Shown here: one piece after another, positions 44,347 through 53,477 of the stretch
Numbering within the stretch: position 1 is the stretch's first letter
How the letters are laid out: every line of letters begins with the position of its first letter
Assembly: GCF_049075655.1 (NCBI RefSeq)
Contig: NZ_CP157522.1
Coordinates: 960,001 to 1,024,000, forward strand
Source of the DNA: Methanothermococcus sp. Ax23
Lineage (GTDB): Archaea; AGJL01; Methanococci; Methanococcales; Methanococcaceae
DNA: 64,000 bases
Direction of reading: 5' to 3'
Program-made: the position numbers and the translations under genes
Notes under the pieces: model-generated
Seen by the model: the letters and a program-made list of their open reading frames with translations, nothing else
Database searches by the model: none
Told to the model about the DNA's origin: nothing

Positions 44347-45074
44347 AATTTCGCCTCCACAAATGATTTAACAAATTCCTCCATATTTTTTGCCTTCATA
44401 AAGCTTGTTCCTATAAGTGCCGCATCGGCATACTTTAAAGCTATTCTTAAATCATCTATCGAGCCAATACCGCTTTCACTAACAAATACTACATCCTTTG
44501 GAATTAAATTGGATAGTTGTTCCGTAAGGGATACTGTTCCATCGTCGAGCTCTAACTTTGTAATATCTCTATTATTAACACCAATCATTGTGGTGTTTGT
44601 ATCCTTTGCTATGTCAATTTCCTCCTTATTATGAACTTCCACAAGAGTATCCAATCCATGTTCAAGGGCATAATCAACGAATTCGGCTGTTTCATCCTTT
44701 AACATTCTCGCTATTATTAATATCGCCCCTCCCTCTGCTTCTGCTGTTTTTTCAATCTCATCTTTTGTGGTGATGAAATCCTTTCTTAAAACCGGGAGCT
44801 CGGTTGATGCACATATTTTTTTGAACATGTCAAAGTTCCCGTTAAAGTATTTTTTAGCGGTAATGTAGGATATTCCCGCAGCTCCTGCATTTTCATATAT
44901 TCTAAGAATATCTATTTCATCCCTTCCTTTAAGCATATCGCCATATTTTGGAGAATGGACTTTTATTTCTGCTATTATTGGATTTCTGCACTTGTGCGGA
45001 AATTCACAAATCTCTGATTTGGGTAAATTTTTGCTATTATTTTTTGTGTTTATTATTGAATTGACCATCTTCAT
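44343..45074 (-). CDS. trpC: indole-3-glycerol phosphate synthase (with 15-aa repeat-derived insertion)
   Basis: IIAEIK..SP, PVLRKDF, LVEVH, IGVNNRD, SESGI. Confidence 0.95.
   Translation of the reverse strand: MKMVNSIINTKNNSKNLPKSEICEFPHKCRNPIIAEIKVHSPKYGDMLKGRDEIDILRIYENAGAAGISYITAKKYFNGNFDMFKKICASTELPVLRKDFITTKDEIEKTAEAEGGAILIIARMLKDETAEFVDYALEHGLDTLVEVHNKEEIDIAKDTNTTMIGVNNRDITKLELDDGTVSLTEQLSNLIPKDVVFVSESGIGSIDDLRIALKYADAALIGTSFMKAKNMEEFVKSFVEAKL
44982..45026 (-). repeat. double-hairpin insertion in frame in trpC
   Basis: CAAATC-AGA-GATTTG then ATTTCCGCAC-AA-GTGCAGAAAT; encodes LPKSEICEFPHKCRN. Confidence 0.6.
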
Positions 45075-45225
45075 GATATCACCAGTTAATAGTTATGCTT
45101 ATATTAATATAATCATTAAATTAAATATATAAGTTAATAATTATAGGGGCTATTATGGCAAATAACCACATATTTGATAACATTTGAAAAGCATTTAATA
45201 TTTACACTAACAACTATTTAAAAAA

Positions 45226-45324
45226 TCACCACCATCTCCAAACAACATTGGAGTGGTTGCTAAAAAAAGAATCCATTTTATATATGTTCGAGATTTTCGT
45301 TCTCTTTATGTTGGATAATTCCAT
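45226..45324 (-). CDS. putative trp operon leader peptide (32 aa, MELSNIKRTKISNIYKMDSFFSNHSNVVWRWW)
   Basis: AGGTG RBS 5 nt before ATG; three Trp codons in the last four; T6 run right after TGA; 151 nt upstream of trpC; below the ORF-track length cutoff. Confidence 0.8.
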   Translation of the reverse strand: MELSNIKRTKISNIYKMDSFFSNHSNVVWRWW

Positions 45325-45371
45325 ATTTGCACCTTATTGGAAAATTATAATTAAAAAATATAATTTTATAG

Positions 45372-45387
45372 TATATATAATTTTTTG
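45372..45387 (-). promoter_or_regulatory. putative BRE/TATA promoter for the leader and trp operon
   Basis: Minus strand CAAAAAATTATATATA about 50 nt upstream of the leader ATG. Confidence 0.55.
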
Positions 45388-45451
45388 ATATCTTATGTCA
45401 AATTAATATTATTTAATCTAGTTAATCTATTTATTTAATCTATTGTGCCTT

Positions 45452-46126
45452 TTAAATATATTTTTCCATAGAAGTATCCCAATACTGTGTGTGGATATAA
45501 TATAATAACATCCCAAATATCCAAATGGCTACTGGAATTAATATAACAGTCATGGCAAATATAAATGCCACAATATATAATATTATCTCCAATATCACCA
45601 CTACAATAGTTAGTATAATATTGAATATTAAAATATCAAGCCATGTTTTTTTCAATATGTCAAATATGGTTCTAAATTCAAATATTGACGATAATTTACC
45701 TGTATTGGCATAATGAGATAATGCAATTGGAGTGATTAATGCAAATATTATAAGACATAATATATAAAAAATCAAAAATAATATAAAAATCAACATCATC
45801 ATAACGCCAAGTCCGGCTGTTCTATCATCAAGGATTAATAAAAAACCTCCTCCTAAAAATACATACCCAATTATCAGTATGATAATCGGAATTATGGCAT
45901 ATATTAAGATAATCACTATCCCAATAATTCCCCCAATAAACTGATTAACAATATTAAATTCAGGTAATTTGTTTTCAAATCCGCCGGAAACAAGTTTTAT
46001 TATATCTATCATATATCCATATAATGCCAAATTGAGAATTGGTATTGCCCCAATTATTCCACCAATGGCAAGTTTCTTTTTCCAATTTTCATCATTGAAC
46101 AAATATTTAAATGATTCAGATATCAT
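45452..46126 (-). CDS. DUF4013-like membrane protein (possible C-terminal frameshift)
   Basis: ESFKY.F.D..WKK, IPILN...YGY, LPEF, PIALSHYA.TG. Confidence 0.8.
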   Translation of the reverse strand: MISESFKYLFNDENWKKKLAIGGIIGAIPILNLALYGYMIDIIKLVSGGFENKLPEFNIVNQFIGGIIGIVIILIYAIIPIIILIIGYVFLGGGFLLILDDRTAGLGVMMMLIFILFLIFYILCLIIFALITPIALSHYANTGKLSSIFEFRTIFDILKKTWLDILIFNIILTIVVVILEIILYIVAFIFAMTVILIPVAIWIFGMLLYYIHTQYWDTSMEKYI

Positions 46127-46362
46127 TGTACCCCTCCAACTTTTTTAAGAGCTCATCTGCAATACTCAAAAACACAGGAAGTATATAAAACACTCCGACA
46201 AAACCTGCAATAAGTCCCGTAATCAATCGCAATTCATTAAAGCTTTCCCTTAATCCTATCAGTTGAGTAGTTCCATCAATTCCCATAGGTATCAATGCCA
46301 TAATTAAATACCATTTGTTGGGTGTTTTAAAGTCATTTAGTTTTTTTACTGTCAAATTTCAT
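46116..46362 (-). pseudogene. DUF2085-like membrane protein, C-terminal remnant
   Basis: PMGIDGTTQLIGLRES.NELRLITG motif; the RBS-preceded ATG at 46362 is out of frame and the N-terminal half is missing. Confidence 0.65.
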
Positions 46363-46422
46363 AATACCTCCCCTTAATTCTATATTTATATTTACAAATT
46401 TAATATTTAATATTTGTAATAT

Positions 46423-47688
46423 TTAAACATTTCCACATGCATCATACACTTCTCCATTAATAATAGTATATATCGGAGCTCCCCTTACACACCACCCTTC
46501 AAATGGTGTAAATTTAGCCTTAGATTTAAAGTTCTCACCTCTTATAATAATTTCCCTATCCAACTCAACAATCGTTAAATTTGCTTTATTTCCTTCCCTT
46601 ATCTCATTATCAATATTAAATATTTTTGATGGATTTTCCGATAGAACCCTTACAGCATCAAATATGTTAATTATCCCCTTATTTACCAAATCAAGCGTCA
46701 ATGGAACAAGAGTTTCAATTCCTGGAATTCCAGAAGGGCAGTTCTCCACGGAATTATTTTTTTCTTCATAAGTATGTGGTGCGTGGTCTGTTGCTATTAT
46801 ATCTATTTCTTTATTTACTATACCATTTATAAGTGCCTTATTGTCTTCTTTTGTTCTAAGCGGTGGATTAAATTTCCCCATCCCTTTTAATTCCTTAGCC
46901 ATATCCATATTTAAAAATATATGGTGCGGTGCAACTTCCGCAGTGATTTTAACATTTTTAAATTTAACTTTTGCATCAGTGATTAAATTTAGCCCCTCTT
47001 TTGTGGATACATGGCAGAAATGGACATGCGGCTTTTTATCATTTAATTTATCGATTATTTCTAAATTCCTTAAAACTTCTTTCACTGCCTCAATTTCGCT
47101 TCTTTTGTCCCTTATCTTACAATGGTTAGTCCAGCTGGTGAGCTCATATTTTTTTAAGTTTTCAGCAATTACATCCTTATGTTCCGCATGTATTGTAAAT
47201 AGTTTATTTTGGTTTAAAATGTCCTTTAATTTTGAATACTCGCTTATGAATAAGTCCCCAACGGATTTTACCATAAAAATCTTGTAGGATTTTGCATCCT
47301 TTATGGTTTCCATGTAGTTATTTTCAGTAATTCCAAAGTTGAATTCAATATTTATCTTACTTTGATTTTTCCCTTCATGATATTTTTTATAGAAGAGCTC
47401 CGTTGTGGTGGTTGGTGGGTTGCTGTTGGGCATGTCTATGGCATAAGCTACACCGCCGTTAATAGCTGCTTCGCTTCCACTTATGAAATCCTCCTTTTCA
47501 GGTTGCCCATATCTAAAATGAACATGGGAGTCAATAATTCCCCCCATAACTATTTTTCCTTTTAAATCGATTTTCCGCCCATCATGGTTAATATTTTTAC
47601 CTATTTTTTTAATTTCATCCCCTTCGATTAAAATATCTGCTTCGATTATATTGTTATTTTTTATTATTTTGCAGTTTTTTAGAAGCAT
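46423..47688 (-). CDS. pyrC: dihydroorotase
   Basis: [38 protein letters not shown]. Confidence 0.92.
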   Translation of the reverse strand: MLLKNCKIIKNNNIIEADILIEGDEIKKIGKNINHDGRKIDLKGKIVMGGIIDSHVHFRYGQPEKEDFISGSEAAINGGVAYAIDMPNSNPPTTTTELFYKKYHEGKNQSKINIEFNFGITENNYMETIKDAKSYKIFMVKSVGDLFISEYSKLKDILNQNKLFTIHAEHKDVIAENLKKYELTSWTNHCKIRDKRSEIEAVKEVLRNLEIIDKLNDKKPHVHFCHVSTKEGLNLITDAKVKFKNVKITAEVAPHHIFLNMDMAKELKGMGKFNPPLRTKEDNKALINGIVNKEIDIIATDHAPHTYEEKNNSVENCPSGIPGIETLVPLTLDLVNKGIINIFDAVRVLSENPSKIFNIDNEIREGNKANLTIVELDREIIIRGENFKSKAKFTPFEGWCVRGAPIYTIINGEVYDACGNV

Positions 47689-47843
47689 TTTTTCACCGCT
47701 ATTGTTATTGGATTATTATTAAAAATATTATGAATTCCAAAAGATAAAAATATATTGTAAATAAAAATAAAAAGTTAAAATTACTTAAAATCAAACATAA
47801 AAAACATAAAACAAAGTAAATATTAAAAAGGAGTATTTATTAT

Positions 47844-49571
47844 TTACTTATGTGCAAAATAGCATATTACTTCGTCATCCTTCTTTTCATCCACTCTTAC
47901 AAATCCAAATCTCTCAAACTGGACAATTTCATCAACAGATACTATTTTAAAGTCCTTTTCTGCAAATCCAATGTGCTCTTCTCCGTTGGTGTCGATTACC
48001 TTTGTTTTTACTGCATCATTTACTGGAATCCAGTGTATGATTTTTGCCTTATTTTGCCTTGCAATTTTAAAGTCATCACTGTGATATTTTGCATATATTG
48101 TATTGTTTTCGATTTTTTCTATAGTTATGTTGAATAATTCCATCAATCTATACATTTTTCCAATCTCCAAATCATCTGAGACATATATATTTCCATCAAA
48201 TATGAGCTCCCTTGTTCCTAAGTCTTCCCTATCTGGGTGAGCTCTTAAATTTAAAACTGTATTTTCTGCACCTTCTATTACAACCTTCTTTGGATTTTCC
48301 ACAAAGAAGAACCTTCTTGCGTCCTTATCTATTATATCCTTATTTGCGGCGTAGAGATTTTCCCATGAGAACTTAACATCAGCCTGCTTTATACCTATTT
48401 CTGTCATCAATTTATATATTGCCTCTGGTTTTATGCCTCTTCTTTTTAGAGCTCTAAGGGTTCCCAATCTTGGGTCATCCCATCCTTTATATTCTCCCTC
48501 CAAAATACCGGCGTGCATTTTTGACGTGCTTAAAACAGGTCCTTCTATCGGAGTGAGCGAAGCGAGCGAAGAGCTACAAAAATCACTTTGTGATTTTTGT
48601 CCAATCTTTAAAATACCGTAGTGAATGTATTCTGGCATTTCCCATCCAAAGTAATCAAATATATACTTCTGCTTTTCTGTATTCACTATGTGGTCTTTCC
48701 CTCTTAATACATGGGTCATGCCAAGTAAATGGTCATCAACTGGAACAGAGAAGTTCATTAATGGATATACGCAGTATTTATCCCCAGTTCTTGGGTGTGG
48801 TGTTTTTTCAATTCTGAATATTGGGAAGTCCCTTATTGACGGGTTTTTATGCTCTATGTCGGTTTTTAATCTAACTGCCACATTTTCCAGCTCACCATTT
48901 AACATCTTCTCCCAAAGTTCAAGGTTTCTTTCTACTCCCAAGTCTCTACATTGACATGCTGTTCCATTTGCCCTGAGCTCTCTAAATTCCTCAGGGTCGC
49001 ACTCACAAACATAGGCATATCCCATTTCAATTAATTTTCTTCCGTATTCGTAGTAAATTTCCATTCTATCGGATTGGATGACAACATCGTCTATTTTTAC
49101 TCCAAGCCATTCTAAATCCTCTTTTATCATGTCATAAGCTTCTGGAAGAACTCTTTTTGGGTCTGTATCTTCAAGTCTTAAAATTAATTTTCCATTGTAT
49201 TTTTTTGAAAAGTAATCATTTAAAACTGCCGCTCTTGCATGTCCAAGATGAAGGGGTCCAGAAGGGTTTGGTGCAAATCTCATTACAACAGTGTCTTTTA
49301 CATTTTTTAATGCGAGCTCTTTCTTTTTCCTTGTGGTAGTTTTTGCCTCTAAAAATTCTGGTGCAATTTCTTCTAACTTTGCTTTTTGTTCTTCCAATGG
49401 CATTGATTCAACTTCTTTTGCTATTTCCGCCACTATTTTGGAAACTTCTTTTGCTTCCTTTCTTAAATCTGGATTTTCTGCCAATATTTTTCCTATTACT
49501 GCTTTTGGATTTGCTTTTCCCTTGAATCTAATAGAATTTTGAAGAACATATTTTAAAATAGTGTCTCTCAA
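47844..49571 (-). CDS. gltX: glutamyl-tRNA synthetase (with 19-aa repeat-derived insertion)
   Basis: [14 protein letters not shown] (HIGH), [22 protein letters not shown]. Confidence 0.97.
   Translation of the reverse strand: MRDTILKYVLQNSIRFKGKANPKAVIGKILAENPDLRKEAKEVSKIVAEIAKEVESMPLEEQKAKLEEIAPEFLEAKTTTRKKKELALKNVKDTVVMRFAPNPSGPLHLGHARAAVLNDYFSKKYNGKLILRLEDTDPKRVLPEAYDMIKEDLEWLGVKIDDVVIQSDRMEIYYEYGRKLIEMGYAYVCECDPEEFRELRANGTACQCRDLGVERNLELWEKMLNGELENVAVRLKTDIEHKNPSIRDFPIFRIEKTPHPRTGDKYCVYPLMNFSVPVDDHLLGMTHVLRGKDHIVNTEKQKYIFDYFGWEMPEYIHYGILKIGQKSQSDFCSSSLASLTPIEGPVLSTSKMHAGILEGEYKGWDDPRLGTLRALKRRGIKPEAIYKLMTEIGIKQADVKFSWENLYAANKDIIDKDARRFFFVENPKKVVIEGAENTVLNLRAHPDREDLGTRELIFDGNIYVSDDLEIGKMYRLMELFNITIEKIENNTIYAKYHSDDFKIARQNKAKIIHWIPVNDAVKTKVIDTNGEEHIGFAEKDFKIVSVDEIVQFERFGFVRVDEKKDDEVICYFAHK
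48546..48602 (-). repeat. double-hairpin short repeat inserted in frame in gltX
   Basis: ACAAAAATCAC-AAA-GTGATTTTTGT then TTCGCTCGCTTCGCTC; encodes [19 protein letters not shown]. Confidence 0.85.
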
Positions 49572-49703
49572 TGTTTCACCTGATTAATTTGTAAAAAATA
49601 AAAGATTTATTAAAATTAGGATTTAAAATATTAAAAAAATTATTATTGATTATTGTTCATTATTTACATTATTTATTATTTTTTATTATTTCCTTATTTT
49701 ATT

Positions 49704-50939
49704 TTATTCTTTGAAATACTTGTATCCTGATGACAACAAGGCAGCTCCTACTGCACCAATGTGCTGTGAGTGCGGTGGAACAATGATTTCTTTACCAAGT
49801 ATCTCTTCCAATGCAAGCACCATACCTTTCAAAAGACTGCTTCCTCCAACAAGTATTACTGGGTCTCTTACATCCACTTCCTGCAACTGCTGTTCATAAA
49901 TCTGCTCTGCAACTGAGTGAGCTGCCGCCGCCGCCACATCCTTAGGTTCTGCACCACCTGCAAGAGCTGTGACTAAATCCTGAATACCAAATACAATACA
50001 GTAGCTGTTCATCATTACATTCTTCCAATCTCCCTCTGCGGCTAAGTCCCCGAGCTCCTGTATGGATACATCCAATCTTCTTGCAGTAATTTCAAAGAAC
50101 CTACCACTTGCACCTGCACAGATACCTCCCATTGTAAAGTTGTCAGGTATGGCATTGTTTAAGGATATTGCCTTGTTATCCATACCCCCAATATCAATTA
50201 CAGTAGCCTCTCCTTCCTGCTTTCCAGCTAAAAATGCCGCACCTTTTGAATTAACTGTTAATTCCTCTTGAATAAGGTCTGCTTTGAAATGCTCCCCAAG
50301 TGTATGTCTTCCATATCCTGTGGTTCCGATTGTTTCTATATCTTCCATCTTTAAACCAGCTTCCTTTAATGCCTCATCAATTGCCTTTTGTGCTGATTCT
50401 ATCACATCTCTTGTATATACCCATCCCTTTCCAATGATTTCGTTGTCCTGCATTATTACTGCTTTTGTTGTTGTAGAACCACTATCAAGACCTAAGCTTA
50501 TACCTTCCTGTTTCTTCCTACCTAATAGTGATTTTCTCTCCACAATTGTGGCGAGTGCCTCCATTCTTGTTGATAATTCTGATGCCTTTGTTCTCTCTGT
50601 AAATGAATACATAACAACAGGCAAATCAGTATGTTGCTGAATTAATCTCCTTACTTCGTTTCTAACCAGAGCTCCCTCAGCACACCTAAAACATGTTGCT
50701 ATAAAAACTGCCTCTGCATCTGTGTTTCCCTCGATAATGGACATTGCTCTTGCAAACATGAGTTTTAAATTTGGAGATGCTACTTCGAATCCCAAATGTT
50801 CATCAACTTTGTCAATATAGTCTAAATCCACCTCTGGAAATACAATTTCCCCGCCAACATCATTTGCCGCCTTTTCAATTTCAGCCTGAACTCCACTGTA
50901 TTCTGGACCGCATGTTAATTCAGCTATTTTTACCGTCAT
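49704..50939 (-). CDS. methanogenesis marker 15-like protein (BadF/acyl-CoA dehydratase activase-type ATPase)
   Basis: [45 protein letters not shown]. Confidence 0.88.
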   Translation of the reverse strand: MTVKIAELTCGPEYSGVQAEIEKAANDVGGEIVFPEVDLDYIDKVDEHLGFEVASPNLKLMFARAMSIIEGNTDAEAVFIATCFRCAEGALVRNEVRRLIQQHTDLPVVMYSFTERTKASELSTRMEALATIVERKSLLGRKKQEGISLGLDSGSTTTKAVIMQDNEIIGKGWVYTRDVIESAQKAIDEALKEAGLKMEDIETIGTTGYGRHTLGEHFKADLIQEELTVNSKGAAFLAGKQEGEATVIDIGGMDNKAISLNNAIPDNFTMGGICAGASGRFFEITARRLDVSIQELGDLAAEGDWKNVMMNSYCIVFGIQDLVTALAGGAEPKDVAAAAAHSVAEQIYEQQLQEVDVRDPVILVGGSSLLKGMVLALEEILGKEIIVPPHSQHIGAVGAALLSSGYKYFKE

Positions 50940-51131
50940 AATATCACCAAATTAATATAAATATGATAATTAGTATATCATTTGATAATTATTAACTAAT
51001 GTTATGGTATTTATAAATAATTATTTTATGATTTTAGTTATAATATATTGCTTGTTGAGTTAAAAACAACTACTGCCTACTATTATTACTACTTAATTTA
51101 CATCTTAATATATTTTAAACCATGGGATATT

Positions 51132-52058
51132 ATGAAAAACGATATTAAATTTAGCAATAATGAAATAAAATGTGAGATGTGTCTTAACACAAGTAAAACA
51201 TCAAAAATAATCGAATATAACGGAAAAAATATATGTGTTGAATGTTATTACTCAATGAAATATCCAAGGGATTTTAAAAAAATGAAAAAAGAAATTGAAA
51301 CTATTTTAAAAGATGGTCAAAATAAAAAAATAAAAGGGAAAAATAAAAAATACGACTGCATACTGGCATTTTCTGGTGGAAAAGATAGCGTTGTGGCGTT
51401 ATATTTACTTGTGAAAGATTTTAATGTAAATCCTTTGTGTATAACTGTGGATAATAAGTATATGTCAAAAGATGCCCTTGAAAATTGCTACAATATCACT
51501 CGACATCTAAATGTTGATTGGATGGTTTTAAGTAGGGACTATACGGAGCTCTTCAAAGAAACTATACTAAGGGGAGAATCTCCATGTAGAAGATGCTCTG
51601 AACTTGTAATGAGAGATGTTTGGAAGATGGCAAAAATGCTAAATATTGATAAAATAATCACTGGGCACGAGCTCCCCTTTGGAACTTCACCATTTAAGAA
51701 GTTGAAGGATGATATTATTATGGTAAGATTGCTCACAGGTTATAAATTAACCGATGAAGATAGACGTAATATGTTGAAGGAGCTCCCTTGGAAGAACCCG
51801 AATTTGGGAGGATATACCACAAACTGTTTAGTGCTTGCACCGGCTTTAAGGGAATTTTATAAAAAACATGGTTTTAGCTTTGAATTTAATAGAGTTTGTG
51901 CAATGGTGAGATATGGATTAATTGACAGGGGAAAAGCTATGCAAGTGTTAAAATGTCCTGAGGTTCCCGAAGAGATATATGTAGAGCTCAGAAAAAGGGG
52001 ACTTGATTTAGAAAATAACAATAGTAATAATTATTGTGATGATGATAATAATTCGTGA
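51132..52058 (+). CDS. N-type ATP pyrophosphatase (PP-loop) family protein
   Basis: N-terminal CxxC pairs, AFSGGKDS, SPCRRC, TGHELPFG, GGYTTNC. Confidence 0.82.
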   Translation: MKNDIKFSNNEIKCEMCLNTSKTSKIIEYNGKNICVECYYSMKYPRDFKKMKKEIETILKDGQNKKIKGKNKKYDCILAFSGGKDSVVALYLLVKDFNVNPLCITVDNKYMSKDALENCYNITRHLNVDWMVLSRDYTELFKETILRGESPCRRCSELVMRDVWKMAKMLNIDKIITGHELPFGTSPFKKLKDDIIMVRLLTGYKLTDEDRRNMLKELPWKNPNLGGYTTNCLVLAPALREFYKKHGFSFEFNRVCAMVRYGLIDRGKAMQVLKCPEVPEEIYVELRKRGLDLENNNSNNYCDDDNNS

Positions 52059-52062
52059 TATT

Positions 52063-52290
52063 ATGATAAAATTTAAAATGGAAATTCCTGCAAATGAGGA
52101 TATATTTAAAAGCTTAGAAGTTGATGATGTATTTGATGGGTTAATTATAAAAACTACCTATGATAAAGACTTAAAAAACTTGAAATTATATGTGAAAACT
52201 AATTCAATAGGTTCCTTAAAAAACATACTTGACGATTATTTTATCAATTATGACATGGCGACGAATATTATTGGAATAAATGAAAAATAA
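52063..52290 (+). CDS. KEOPS complex subunit Pcc1-like
   Basis: Small protein, IFKSLEVD...L.LYVK..SIGSLKNILDDY pattern. Confidence 0.6.
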   Translation: MIKFKMEIPANEDIFKSLEVDDVFDGLIIKTTYDKDLKNLKLYVKTNSIGSLKNILDDYFINYDMATNIIGINEK

Positions 52291-52382
52291 GTGAAAAATA
52301 AGTAAATTAATGAAAAATTAATGAATAAATAAACTGAAAATCTAAATCAACACGGAAATTGATAGTATATTGAAATACTGTT

Positions 52383-52432
52383 TTCGCTTGCATAGCAAGC
52401 GAGCAACGAAATCACAAAGTGATTCGTCTAAT
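52383..52432 (-). repeat. double-hairpin short repeat, intergenic copy
   Basis: Near-identical to 33081-33132 (AAGCGAGCAACGAAATCAC core). Confidence 0.8.
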
Positions 52433-52456
52433 ATATTTTATTTTTTGTTTATTCTA

Positions 52457-53385
52457 TAGTGTGGGTCATATTACACTCTAACCTCTAATACCTTCATATA
52501 AGGATAACCTCTGGTAATGAGATTATATAGTGCTAAAACCTGTGCAGAAACTACTGCACAGAGACAGAATACTTTTTTACGAATATAACCTTTGATATTA
52601 ATCCAAAACTTATTCATAAATCGGTTCTTTAATATTGAATTGGTGTGCTCTATTTTAACTCTTATCTTAGAAACTTCCGAAGGAAGTTTCTTTTTATTTT
52701 TCCTACCCAATCTCCGTGGATTATGTGCTGTTATTAGTTCATTTTTGTATAATTCTATCGCTTTTTTTTAAATCTTTTGAATCATAGCCTGCATCTGCAC
52801 AGGACTTTTTGGTAGGTACTAATAATTTATCAGCTACTTTACAATCGTGAGTATTTGCTGTGGTAAATTCTGCTCTTAATGGTATTCCTAACTTATCTAC
52901 TGCTAAATGTAATTTAAAGCCTTTAAACATTCCTACACTGTTATATCCTATCTTTCCCTCAATATCTGTTTCGTCTTTTATTGGAGTGCTATCGTATATT
53001 GACCATTCAGGATTATTTAGTTCAATATATTTATCACCTAATAAAGTAATTATTGCATGCAATTCTTCATCTAGGGATTTTTTCCATCTATCGATGGTTC
53101 TTCTACCAGGGCAGGATTTAAATCCTAATGCAGTTAAAATCTGTGGATTATTTTGTAAGTGTAATACTAACGCTCTATTTGAATGTATGCCTTTTAAAAA
53201 GGCATACACTAATAGTTTAAGCCTCAACTCTAAATTATATCCTTTTCTCCCTACCTTTCTTCGTTTAGGGATTCGGTCAATTAAATCTGATGTAATTATC
53301 TCATTTACCACTTCCTCAGCCTTCATATTATCGTCTTTTTTATAATATTATATTTAGTATAGGTTATATATTTTGACCCATACTA
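52457..53385 (-). mobile_element. 929-bp insertion sequence, DDE transposase (IS5/ISNCY-like)
   Basis: TIRs TAGTGTGGGTCA / TAGTATGGGTCA; 12-bp direct repeat TTGTTTATTCTA at 52445-52456 and 53386-53397. Confidence 0.92.
52471..53326 (-). pseudogene. DDE transposase split by a frameshift at an A8 run
   Basis: YDSTPI, GFKLHLAVD, ADAGYDS in ORF1; R.KIEH.N..LK in ORF2; junction at 52762-52769. Confidence 0.85.
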
Positions 53386-53477
53386 TTGTTTATTCTATTT
53401 TAATGAAGATGTGATTTTCGATATGTGGTGATTAATATAGTAAAATATTTTAATAAAACAATAAATATGGGAAAAAT

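Noticed and set aside
52760-52775. Programmed -1 frameshift at T TTA AAA
   Set aside because: The downstream transposase half is in the +1 frame, so a -1 shift would not join the ORFs.
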